In this document: positions 52,204 through 63,650 of the stretch, in pieces
Numbering within the stretch: the first letter of the stretch is position 1
Layout: each line of letters opens with the position of its first letter
DNA from: Geosiphon pyriformis uo1
Taxonomy: Eukaryota; Fungi; Glomeromycota
Assembly (NCBI GenBank): GCA_016748015.1
Contig: JAAOMT010000181.1
Span: 69,784-133,783 of the forward strand
Reading direction: 5' to 3'
DNA: 64,000 nucleotides
Made by a program: the position numbers and the translations under genes
Notes under the pieces: model-generated
The model's input: only the letters and a program-made list of their open reading frames with translations
The model's database searches: none
What the model was told of the DNA's origin: nothing

Positions 52204-53578
52204 TATGTTTTTGGTCCAATGATTATGATTGGTTCCAGATCTTGTGGAATCTTATCTGGTTGAACTAGTATTTGTTATACTCCTAATTGTGGAATGTTAT
52301 TGGTAAATGATGATGTTATTTGGTAATATGGTTTTAGTTAATCACCATATGCTGCTTTGATTAAGATTTTGTTGTCTCATCTTAATTTATAAGTTTTATT
52401 TTTAAGAATTTCTTCTATGTGAAATGGTCTGTCTCATTTGGGGTCAAATTTTCCACTCCATTGTTTTTCTGCTTTGGTATGATATAGCAGTACTTTGTCT
52501 TCAATCTTGAATTCAACTGGTTTGTCTGGTAGTTGATTATCATGTCTTTTTTTCTGTTTTTTTTGTGTTTTTTGGATGTTATCAGCTGCTCTTCGCCATT
52601 TATTTTCTAATGTTTCCATTAAGTCATATGTTCTTTTTAGCAACATTCCTGAAAATTGTCTTTAGTTATTGGTTCTGTTGGATAAGTGGTAACTTCTATC
52701 TCAACTGATAATGTTGCTGTTCTATTATATACTAATTCAAATGGTGTTGCTTGTGTAGTGTCTTGCTTTATTGTCCAATAAGCAAATAATACTAATAGTA
52801 TGAACAAATTCCATTCATTCTGATTTTCTTGACTGATCTTGGCAATTGCTTTACACAATGTTCTGTTAAATCTCTCAACTAACCCATTTGTTTGTGGATG
52901 GTATGATGATGATAATGGTCTTTTGATTTCAAATCTCTGACTTAATTTTGCTAATGTTCTGTTCACAAAGTAAGTTCTTTGATTTGATAATAGTTTTTTT
53001 GAACATCCATGTCGACAAATCAAATTTTAATGAACAAATTTGGCAACAGATTCTGTATCTGCTCTTTGAATGGCTTTTGTTTCTGGCTATTTTGTGAGAT
53101 AGTTCATGGCTATTACAATATATCTGTTGCCTCTGTTGGTGATTGTTAGTGGTCTGACTAAGTTAATTTTAATGCGATCAAATAGTTGTTCCACTTTGAT
53201 TGGTCTTAATGATTCACTAAGTCTTGTTCCTCTTTTTCTTTAATAAACATCACAATTTTGAACATATTGGATAATGTTTGGATACATTAATGACCAATAA
53301 TATCTTTTTCTGGTTTTTTCTATGGTTGCTTTTTTATGAAAATGTCCTGGTATTGGATCTGAGTACATGTTGAATAGTATTGTCTTTTTCTTTGGTTCTG
53401 TGATTACTCTGGTCAGTTGATCTGGATTTCTTTTGTTCTTTTGGTAAAATATATTTTGATGATTAATAAAATATTTTGATTGTTGTTTTATGTTGTTTTG
53501 TTCCTTTTAAGATAATTTCTTCTTAAACAATTGGGTATTTATATAATATTGTAGTTGTTGATATTTTTGTATATTCAT
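52204..53578 (-). pseudogene. Gypsy I integrase, separate ORF with its own ATG
   Basis: Starts MNIQKYQQLQYY at 53578, in a different frame from the RNase H ORF. HHCC, DDE and GPF remnants present. Confidence 0.8.
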
Positions 53579-53639
53579 TTTTTGTTATATTTTCATTGAG
53601 TTTGTTCTGGTTTTATTATATTTTTGGGTTGAGATGTTT

Positions 53640-56600
53640 TTAGATTTGTTTCATTCATGACAAATCATCAGCATTTCTGTTGTCTTTTCCCTTTTTATAA
53701 TGTATAGTGTAAGTATATAGTGATAGTGCCATTTTCTATCTTGATTGTCTTCTATCTCCAAATTCTTGTTTATGAAGTGCTGTTAATCTCTTGTGATTCA
53801 TGTATATATCAAACTTCTGGCTCAAGTATTCACTCCATTTCATGACTGCCCAATAAATTGCTAAATGTTCTAATTCTGGTGTTCCATAATTTCTTTCAGT
53901 TGGAGTTAAATCTCGGCTGGCATATACAACTGAATGTTCTCTTCCATCTGGTCCTCTCTGTGATAGTACTGCTCCCAATGCTTGGTCTAATATATTGGTG
54001 GTAATGATGAATGATTTATTGTGATCTAAATAGATCAGTACTAAAGCTTGTATAAGCTTTCTTCTTAAAATATCAAAAGCTTCTTGTTGTGCTTCTGTCT
54101 ATTTGTATTTCACATTTTTGGTTTGAAGATGATTAAGTGATTGGGCTATCTTGGAAAAGTTTTTGATGAAGCATTGATAATAGTCTGTAAATCCCAAAAA
54201 TGACTTTAACTCTGTTATATTGGTTGGTACTGAAAAGTTTTTGACTATCTCTATCTTTTTTGGATCTGTTTTAATGCCATCTTTGCTTACTATGTGCCCT
54301 AAAAAGTTTAATTTTGTCTTGTCAAAGAAGCACTTATTGGCGTTTAACTTTAGCCCTGTTCATCGTAGCCTTTCGAACACTTGTTGTAAATGATGCAAAT
54401 GATCATCAAATGTTTTGGAGAACATATTGGTGTCATCTAAATAAATGACTACTGATTTCCACAACAAGCCAGTATATACTATTTCCATTAGCTATTGAAA
54501 TGTGGCTGGTGCATTTGTTAAGCCGAATGGCATCACTTCAAATTCAAAATTTCCCTCCTGTGTTGTGAATGTGGTCTTTTCTTTGTTCACTGAATTTATA
54601 GCTACTTGTCAGTAACCACTATCTAAATCCAATGTTGAAAACTATTTGTTTTTTCCAAAAGCATCAAATAATTCTTAAATCTGTGAAGTTGGATAGCTGT
54701 CTCCATGTGTGACTCTATTAAGCTTTCTGTAGTCCATGCAAAAGCAGATTTTCCCATTCTTTTTCCAGACGAGTATTACTGGTAATGACCATGAGCTTAT
54801 TGATGACTGAATTAACCCATTGTTGAGCATCTGGTTGATTTCTTGACAAATGATCTTATGGCTGGCAGGTGGTACTCTGTATGCTCATTGTTTTATTGGC
54901 ATTGTATCTCCAGTTTTGATCTGGTGCTGGATGATATCAGTTCTGCCAAATTTATTTTTACTGGCAAAGATGTCATTGAATTTATTGAGCAACATCTTCA
55001 GCTGCATGCATTAGAGTGGATCTAGATTCCCCACGTTTATTTGTTCCAATTGTTCTGGTTGGAGCAAATAACATTCATTTTGTCCATATATTGTTTGTGA
55101 TGTGATGTCAACATATCCACAAAGCTGTGAAAAGTCTGGAATAGGGTTTGGTAGTTGGTTTTCTATTTCAGTAGTTAAATGTTCTATAATGGTTCTTTCT
55201 GGTATCTTCATAACCTTTCCGGTGTTGTTGTAAATGAGAATTTTGATGTGGCTGTAGTTCCTGGCTGGTATGTAGAGATTGATAAGTCCAATTTCTCCTG
55301 ATTTACAATGTGCTGCTTCTGCTTCAAAAATCTGGTTCTGATCCTTTACTTTCCTTTTTATGACTACCATATACTGGTTATATAGTGGAATAGAAATTGG
55401 TTGACCAGTAAAGATAATTTCTCCCTTGTCAATAATCTCTTCTTCCACCATATTAACTGATATATCTATTCTATTTGTTGATCCAAATCCCTGTATCTCT
55501 TTAACTGTAATCCCTAATTCTTTTCTGTTTTCCATTGACACTAACTAAGCTATTTTGACCAGAGACAGGAATATTGCCTGCACTATCTTTTCATTTGGCT
55601 CTATTACATAGGCTTTTTCTGAATTGTTTTGTAGCATAGCAATGATATTTTCCACATATCCTGCATCAATTATTTCTCCTTTGATGTTGATTTTTCTTTT
55701 TGCTAAATTACTTATAGATGCTAATTGAATTATTGTGGTTGCTAGAATTTCCAATGCTATTTTCAGATCAATGTAAGTATGCAAATGTGGTTTCAATTTG
55801 ATAGCATCTTTTTCAGGATATCTCAGATTAAACTTTGCATCAGTATCATGCACACACTCTGGCATGATACCTTTATTATTGTCACTGAACCACTTTAGCT
55901 CTTGTTCTTTGGTGAGGTCAGGAAGTGCTATAAATGTTTTGGAGTTTGGATTTGAGTCCAAATTGCTGTTATCTTTGTTGCCATATTGAACAGAACTAGA
56001 ACTGATGTTTTCATTATTGTTATTGTCGGAGTTTGAATCAGAATTGAAAATTGATTCCAATTCTAATGTGCAGCTGCTGATTGGTTCTTCTTCTTCTGAG
56101 ATTATATAGATTATGCAGATTGGTGGATTGTAAATAAGATCACACTCATTACAATATTGAAAGTCACATGGGATCAAATAGTGGTCACATAGTTGAGTGT
56201 TTAACTGTGTTAGCCACTGCTTCTGCTTCTCTCTTGTCAGTGCTAATCTCTGGTAATGCTCATGGAATTCCTTGGGATCATCTTCAATGTTACCAAAGAC
56301 ATTAAATATTTGGAAGTACTTAGGTTCAGGTAGCAACAGAGGGTTGTTTTTTATTTCCAGTAGTTTGCTGATTGTCATGCTTTTTGCTTTTGCACTTGCC
56401 ATTCTTCAGAGTTTATGCTTATCATGTGGCTATCCTTCCAATTGTTGCAATGCTCATTTCCAGGCATTGTCAATTAGTGTTCCTTTGCATACCCAGTCGT
56501 TGATTAGGATTGTATACTGGCAGATTTCATTGCACATTTTTCTATGTCCAAAAATGTCATTCCATATTCCTTTGTCCAGGAGAGTCTTTCCACAAGCTAA

Positions 56601-57307
56601 ACATGAGGTATTATCCCATTTTTTCACTCATTTTGGTTGTCTAAAGTGTTCTAGAATACACGCTTGGCAGTAAAGTTTGGTCGCTGTTGAGTATTCTTTG
56701 TTGTTGCCACAGTATGCACCCATTGATGACAATTTCTTGTTGCAATCGACGCATATAAGCTTTGGTCAATGATAGTTAGAGAGTTGTGGTAGTGTATATT
56801 GATGAGGGGTATAATTGTCAGTTGGTAGTAACTCTTTTTCCTTTACTTTTCCTTTTTATTTGCTGTTTTCTTCCCATTCCTAGCTTGGTGTTGGTTTGTT
56901 CTCATCATTGTTGGTCCAGTTCAGGTCATTAGTTTCTCAGGTAAGTTCTTCTTTTTGCTTTTCTTTGGTGTTGTTATCCCATAAGAGTATCAGCAGCAGT
57001 TTGTTATGGTCAACATTGGCTCACAAGACCTGATATGCTTCCCATGTAGGTTTTTTCTCTTTTTCCTTAAACTCGATAAGTGGTGTTGGTATGTTGATGG
57101 TTTTGAAGTGGCCACACATGGCTGGTACAAGTGTATGTTGACCATTTTGGCTGAGTTGGAGCTCTTGTGTTGTCCAATCAAGTATAACATTTGTTTTAGT
57201 AAGCCAGTCATTACCAACTAGTGCTTATTATTAAGTGGCTTCCATCACCAAAACTTTGATAGGGACTATAATACCATTGACTTCAAAAGGGAAGTCATCA
57301 ATCTCAC
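53640..57307 (-). pseudogene. Gypsy I pol fragment: protease C-terminal part, Cys-rich domain, dUTPase, spacer, RT, RNase H
   Basis: Colinear motifs EIDDFPFEVNG, WDNTSCLACG, IIDAGY, QGFGST, IYLDDT, VVYASR...PELEHLA. Confidence 0.85.
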
Positions 57308-58323
57308 TGTTACCAGAGGTTTTTGGTCTCTTTTTTTAAATGTTGGTAATGTTGATTTGCTGTGAATTCACGTTTTCAGAAAGTAATTGAACCTCCAATA
57401 ACTGAATTTATCTTCAAATTATCTCCTATAATTTGAACTGCTGGGCTTATAAGTGGAATGGCCAATTTTTTGCCAGTTACTTTATGTAGTTACATTGTAA
57501 TAAATGTCAACTCTTTTGCAGGAATTGCTCGTCTGAAAGTTCACTAAAAATGTGTAATTACTTTGCTGTAAAAGTCAACTTTTCTACAGGAATCTTGTCT
57601 GTAGGCTACCCTAGTGATTATAGTAAGAAAAAATAAAAAAAAATAAAAAAAATGTAAAAGAAATAGAATTTTGTCAAAAGAAACGTTTTCTATCCAGGCC
57701 TGGAGTCACTAACAGTTTATTGAAATTGGTAGCTAATCAATTTCGAAATGTTAGTTGGGTTTTGGGGATTTTCCAAGTACAATAATTAAAGAATTTGGTT
57801 TTTTGAATTATTTGATATTTATTTCTTTTTGTGTGTATAGGAACAGTTTTAAAAGATAAATCTAAAGTAAGATACATTTTCCAGAAGAGAAAAGCTCTTC
57901 TTTTATACAACTTGTTGTAGTACTAGTTTATGAACTTGCACTTTTTTTTCTCTTTGCCCAAATTCCGGCAAACTAAAGATACATTTTGATGAACTACAAG
58001 TTATTTTGCTGAACTATTGATTAATTTGGGTGAACTATTCATAATTTCGGCAAATTTCTGTAAATTTCGGCAAATTTCTTATAAATTTCGGCGAATTTCT
58101 GTAAATTTCAGTGAATTTTTGAATGTTACAAAGTTCAGGGTATTGTGTAATTTGATCATCTTACTTTCTGTTATACTAATTAGATTATTTTAATTGAATT
58201 GTGATATGTGATAATTGATTAAATAATAAATGATAATTTGAAATGATATTAATATACTAATGAATTATAGGAATTATAAGAGTAATTTCATGCTAATCAA
58301 TAGCTAAAATTTTACTGGTAACA
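57308..58323 (-). repeat. 3' LTR of Gypsy H (1016 bp)
   Basis: TGTTACCAG...CTGGTAACA termini. About four ~20-bp tandem units AATTTCGGCAAATTTCTGTA at ~58043-58118. Confidence 0.92.
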
Positions 58324-58817
58324 TAATCTCCTCCTCAAGACTGAGCTCCGTCGAAGTCCAAGCACTATCTGTAATATTGAGATAGTGATCTAAAATGATT
58401 GAAGTAATCTGGTTTGAAAATTGTTGAAATTTCAGTTCTGTGAATTTGCCAATGTATTGAACTTTCATTAATTGCAGTATTGGATTTTGTAGAACATTTT
58501 CACAAGTATTAAACAAATCATAGAGTCTAAAAGCTGCTCTAAGTTTGTAGCAAGTGTTTATTGGTCCAGCTGCTGTTTTGAATTCATTGTAGATTTGTTT
58601 TTGTATAACTTCAGAAGTGAGATTTGTTGCTTCAAGTTTCAGTTTTCGTTCATAAAGTGTTTTTCCAATTTGAAAGTATTTATAGATAGGGGTGTGTTCA
58701 TTGTTCTGTTCATTAAGAAGTAGTAGTAGTTTTTGTTGTATTGTAGCATTTGGTGGAATGTCAATAGGGGCAATTAGCAGATTTTCTTCTAGTGCCTGCT
58801 TCAAAAGTCTTGGTAAT
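58304..58817 (-). CDS. Gypsy H ORF3 (N-terminus lost in the N gap), soluble protein of unknown function reading through the PPT into the LTR
   Basis: At least 166 open codons, with motifs IYKYFQIGKTL...LRAAFRLYDLF...YIGKFT. No transmembrane segment visible. Confidence 0.75.
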
Positions 58818-58986
58818 NNNNNNNNNNNNNNNNNNNNNNNNATAATAAAATTGACTAATTATGAAAAGAGAGAATAAAGAAAATTATTTTTTGAATATGG
58901 AGTTTTTATTTGTTTTTGGGTTTGGGTGTTTTGTAATTATTTACTATTTTTGTCTTTGTGTTTTTAGTAGAGAATTATTGTAAAAT

Positions 58987-60372
58987 TTAAGTGTTCAAGT
59001 TTGGTTGTTGTTCTATTATAATTATTGGTTCTAAATTTCAGGGAATATCTTCAGGATTAATTAAAGAGGAATGTGTACCAATTTGTAGAATTAATGGTTC
59101 AGGATTGTTTCTGGAATGATAGTGTTTCAGTCTGTCTCCATGTGCAACTTTTGCTAATATTTTGTTATCAAGTCTTAACTTATATGATCCATTGCCTAGA
59201 ATTTCGTGAATATAAAATGGTCCATCCCATTTGTTTTCAAATTTCCCACTCCATTGTTTTTCAGCCTTAGTTCTGTATAAGAGAACTTTATTTCCAACTT
59301 TAAATTCGTTGATAATAGATGGTAATTTGTTGTCATGTCTTTCTTTTTGTTGAGCTTGGGAATGTTTAATATGAGCTGCTGTTATTCTTCTTTTTCCTTC
59401 CAGTGTACTAAGAAGAGTGTAGGCTCTTTTTTGGAGTGTCTCTTGAAAGTTTTCTTCATTGATTGGTTGCACTGGGTATGTTTCCACTGTGAAATTAATT
59501 GGTAATATTGCTGTCCTTCCATAAGTAAGATCAAATGGTGTGTGTTTCGTAGTATCTTGTTTTAGTGTTCTGTATGCTAGTAATACTGATGGAATAAAGA
59601 TATCCCATTCCTGTTCAAAGTCTGTTGAGACTTTGGCTAAAGATTCACACAATGTTCTGTTAAAACGTTCTACAAGTCCATTTGTTTGAAAGTGATAAGG
59701 TGATGATAAAGGTCTTTTGACATTGAACTGTTCACAAATTTTTTGTATCAAGTTGTTCACAAAATGTGTTCCTTGATCAGATAAGAGTTCAATTGGGCAT
59801 CCATGTCTACAGATAATGTCTTTATAGATGAAATTTGCTACTGATTTTGCATCTGCTCTTTGGATGGCTCTAGCTTCAGGCCATTTGGTAAGATAATCCA
59901 CTGCAACTGCAATATAACGATTTCCTTGGGTTGTGATAGGTAATGGTCCGACTAAATCAATTCCAACTCTGTCAAAAGGTTGTCCAACTTTGATTGGATT
60001 TAAAGGTTCTGTGGGGTGAGTTCCTCCTCTTCTCTGGCAGTTATCACAAGATTCTACATATTGTCGAATGTCTTTTTGCATGTAAGGCCAAAAATAATGT
60101 TCAAGGGTTCTTTGAATTGTTCCCTCTTTTCCCAAGTGTGCTAAAGACAGATCTGTGTGCATGTTGTATAAAATTGTTTCTTTTTCATTCTTTTGTACTA
60201 ATCTGAGTGGCTGGTTTGGTTTTCTGTGATTTTTATAATAAATTTTGTTCTGGTGTATGAAATATTGTTTTGATTGGTGTTGTAAGTGGTGTTTTTCACT
60301 TGGAGACCAGTTTTCTGGTATGATAAGAGTCTCCAAATAATTTTTAAGATTGCTGTAGTTTCTGGGATCTAT
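58987..60372 (-). CDS. Gypsy H integrase (HHCC-DDE-GPF, no chromodomain); start mutated ATG>ATA, open to a TGA at 59038
   Basis: HTDLSLAH...CDNC; GIDLVG, LSDQG and GLVERFN; WDGPFYI. Confidence 0.92.
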
Positions 60373-60429
60373 TCTTGTTTGGTTATTTTGTTGGTAAGTT
60401 GGTAAGTTGTGGTGGAATTGTTGTTGGTA

Positions 60430-61682
60430 TTAATCTTGTCTTATTCTTGAGAGGCTATCAACATTGATATGTAGTTTTCTTGGTTTGTGGTGTACAATAT
60501 ATCTGTAGTCTGCTAGAAAGTCATTCCATCGAGACTGTTTGGCACTTTGTTCAGTTTTCTTTTTATTGAGCCATTTGAGACCAATGTTGTCCGTTATTAT
60601 GTCAAATTTTTTTCCATTTTTCAGATATTGTTGAAAATGTTTAAAAGCCCAAATAACTGCAGCAGCTTCTAATTTAGTTGAGCCATATTTGAGTTCTGTT
60701 GGCTTGAGTGTTCTGCTGGCATAGGCAATAACTTGTTCTTGGCCATTTTTATCCAATTGTGATAAAATGGCACCAAATGCTATGTGTGAGGCATCAGTAG
60801 CTAATTGGAATCGTTTGTTGAAGTCTGAGTAAACAAGAACTGGGACTGTTGTCAATTTTGTTTTGAGAATTTCAAAAGCTTTTTGTTGTTCTTCAGTCCA
60901 TTTGTATGGTATGTTTTTGTTGGTAAGATAATTGAGTGGTTTGGCAATTTCTGAGAATCTTTTTATGAATTTTCGATAGTAAGAGGCTAATCTCACAAAT
61001 CCTCTTAGTTCTGTAGTATTTCTGGGGGTTTGAAAGTTTTTAACAGCATTGATTGTTCTTGGATTTGGTTTGATTCCATCTTTACTAACTATGTGTCCAA
61101 GAAAGATCAAACTTGTTTTTCCAAAGTAACATTTCTCAATATTTAACTTTAATCCTGCTTTCTGTAATTGTTGAAAAACTTCTCACAGGTAAATGAGATG
61201 GGCTTCGAAGCTTGGTGAGTATACATCAGTATCATCAAGATAAACAACTACTGATTACCACAAGAGCCCTTCATAGACAACATCCATGAGCTGCTGAAAT
61301 GTTGCTGGTGCATTGCAGAGTCCAAAAGGCATAACATTAAACTCATAATTTCCTTCTTGAGTGGTGAATGCTGTTTTGGGTCTATCTTTTGGGTCCATTT
61401 TGACTTGTCAGTATCCACTTTCCAGGTCTAAAGTTGAAAAGAACTTGGCTTTTCCCAGAGCATCTAGCATGTCATCAATTCTTGGAAGAGGGTAGGCATC
61501 TCCAATTGTAACACTATTCAGTTGTCTATAATCAACACAGAATCTAATTTTTCCGTTTTTCTTTTTAACCAAAACTACTGGTAAGACCCAAGGACTTCTT
61601 GATGGTTGAATCAATCCGTTATTGAGCATTCTTTGGACCTCTTCTCTGATAAATTGGTGGCTGGCAGGTGGCACTCGATAAG
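60430..61682 (-). pseudogene. Gypsy H reverse transcriptase and RNase H
   Basis: [27 protein letters not shown]; LATDAS, IAYASR, IITDN. Stops at 61408 and ~61185 are derivable from TGG and CGA. Confidence 0.93.
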
Positions 61683-61907
61683 NNNNNNNNNNNNNNNNNN
61701 NNNNNNNNNNNNNNNNNNNNNNNNNNNNNNNNNNNNNNNNNNNNNNNNNNNNNNNNNNNNNNNNNNNNNNNNNNNNNNNNNNNNNNNNNNNNNNNNNNNN
61801 NNNNNNNNNNNNNNNNNNNNNNNNNNNNNNNNNNNNNNNNNNNNNNNNNNNNNNNNNNNNNNNNNNNNNNNNNNNGTATTAAGAACTATGTTTACTGGAA
61901 CTGTAAA

Positions 61908-62320
61908 TTGTCCAGTTGAACCAAAACCTTGAGTTCCTTTTTCACTTTTTCCCAATTGTTCTCTGTTGTTTACTGATTGTAAACCCGAAATGTTGATTAA
62001 GGGTAAGTAAATTGCTTGAGCAATTTTTTTAGCATGTTCAATTTTGAATGGTTTGTTTGTCTCATTCTATAACATGATGGTAATGTCTCCAGTGTATCCT
62101 GCATCTATAATTCCTCCTCTAATATTGATTTCTTTGCTTGCCAATGATGATCTGGAGGCAATTTGAACCATTGCTCCTGGTGGAATTTCAAGAGCAATTT
62201 TTAGATTGATTTTTGTCAAAGACTTTGGTTGGAGAATCAAAGTATCTTTTCTTGGGTATCTCAAGTCATATCCAGCATCAATTTTGTGTGCTTTTTCTGG
62301 TCTGATTCCTTGGCCATGGT
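61908..62320 (-). pseudogene. dUTPase domain in Gypsy H pol
   Basis: All five trimeric dUTPase motifs in order: DAGYDL, ASRSSLA, GGIIDAGYTG, KIAQAI, GTQGFGSTG. One TAG at 62067. Confidence 0.92.
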
Positions 62321-63299
62321 TGTCAAAATATTTAAATTGTAGAGGTGGTTGCTTTTCAAGAAGATAGATGGGAGTGGTTAGTAATTCTTCTACTTGTTCA
62401 GATACTCCAAATTCGATTTCATTTTCATCATTCTCATCTGACAGAGGAATGCTAAGAGCATAACATTCTAAACACCATTGGTCATCACAAGGCATAACAC
62501 ATTCTTCACACAATTGAATGTTCATTTGCTCTAATCGTTGAATTTAAGCTTCTTTGGTTGGATATGTGTGGCTTGCAATTTGGTGGTAGGTTTCTACTTT
62601 ATTTTCATAATCAAATCCAGCTAATTCCATGGTGTACTCAATATATTCAGCTTTTTTCATTTGGCAGACATCTTCTTGAGTGGCTCTATTGATTAATGCC
62701 ATTGCTAGATCAAAAATCATTTCAGCATCATGAGGGTAGTGGTAAAGTTTATTGAGAGCACTGTTGTATGCTGCATCAAATGGTGTCTCTTTTCTGACTT
62801 TTTCCGAAATTGATAAAGCATATTGACAAGTTTGATCACATACTCCTCTTCTCATTGCTACATCAATCCAATTGCATTCTTCTGGTAGTATTTCTCCACA
62901 TGTAAGGCAAGGTGTGTTGTCTTATTTTCCACTTCTTTTTGGAGATCCAAATCGTTTTTTATGGCATGCTTTGCAAAAGTAACAGGTACGAGTTTCATAT
63001 TCCTCTTCTGAAAAAATACATGCTCTCATTAATGAAAGTTTTTTGCTGCAATCTTTGCATTTGAGTGGAATATAGGGTGGTTGTTTCTGTGATTCTGGTG
63101 TAGAATATCTAACTTTCTTCCATCCCCTTAATTCTTTGAAAATCTCTTGTTCGGTTTCTTCAGCCCAATTGAATGTTGATCCAAGAGCCATGTAGGTTTC
63201 AGTAAGTAGCATTTCTTTCTCCTCTTCAAATTCAAATACTGGAGCTTTTTCTGATCGTTTGTTAAAGGTACCACAGATTGCAGGTACTATGGTATATTG

Positions 63300-63650
63300 T
63301 TCTTGGTATGAGATTTTAAGTTCTTGAGTTTCTCAGTTCAGGTTTGCATTGGTCTTGAAAAGCCAATCATTTCCGACTAGAGCTTGATATTGGGGTGCAT
63401 CCATAACAAGAACTTTAACTAGAATGGTGATTCCATCAATTGAAAAAGAGAAATCATCAATTTCTCCTACTGGAGTCTTCTTCATACCATCAGCTGTGAC
63501 AATAACTGTTTGAGCTGGTCTGTCTATGTTTTGTTTGAGTTGTTGCATCAGCTGGTAAGTGATGATACTTCCAGCTGATCCACTATTTAAGATTAAGCAA
63601 ATGGATTTTCCTTCCACTGTAGCTTCTGTGTACATGGCAGTAATTGCTTT
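63300..63650 (-). pseudogene. Gypsy H aspartic protease (catalytic D mutated to N)
   Basis: AMYTEATVEGKSICLILNSGSAGSII...ALVGNDWL. LILNSGS is LILDSGS after one G>A change. Confidence 0.88.

Larger units (their letters stand above)
50671..57307 (-). mobile_element. Gypsy copy I (second family): 3' LTR, PPT, ORF3, integrase, RNase H, RT, dUTPase, Cys-rich domain and part of protease; interrupted by H
   Basis: Motifs YHPQTNGLVERFN (integrase), IYLDDT (RT), IIDAGY...QGFGST (dUTPase). PPT AAAAGAAGGAGATAA precedes the LTR. Confidence 0.92.

Noticed and set aside
58043-58118. Short repeat arrays as CRISPR
   Set aside because: Tandem units without unique spacers, inside an LTR of a eukaryotic genome.
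49690-58323. LTRs at 49690 and 57308 as inverted termini of a single DIRS-like or TIR element
   Set aside because: They belong to independent insertions. One has its own 4-bp TSD and the other has a PPT and internal region on its right. No tyrosine recombinase is present.
58304-58817. ORF3 as an envelope gene (endogenous retrovirus)
   Set aside because: No hydrophobic transmembrane segment or fusion-protein features, and it is too short.
61606-61955. ORFs spanning the N run
   Set aside because: Artefacts of the assembly gap.
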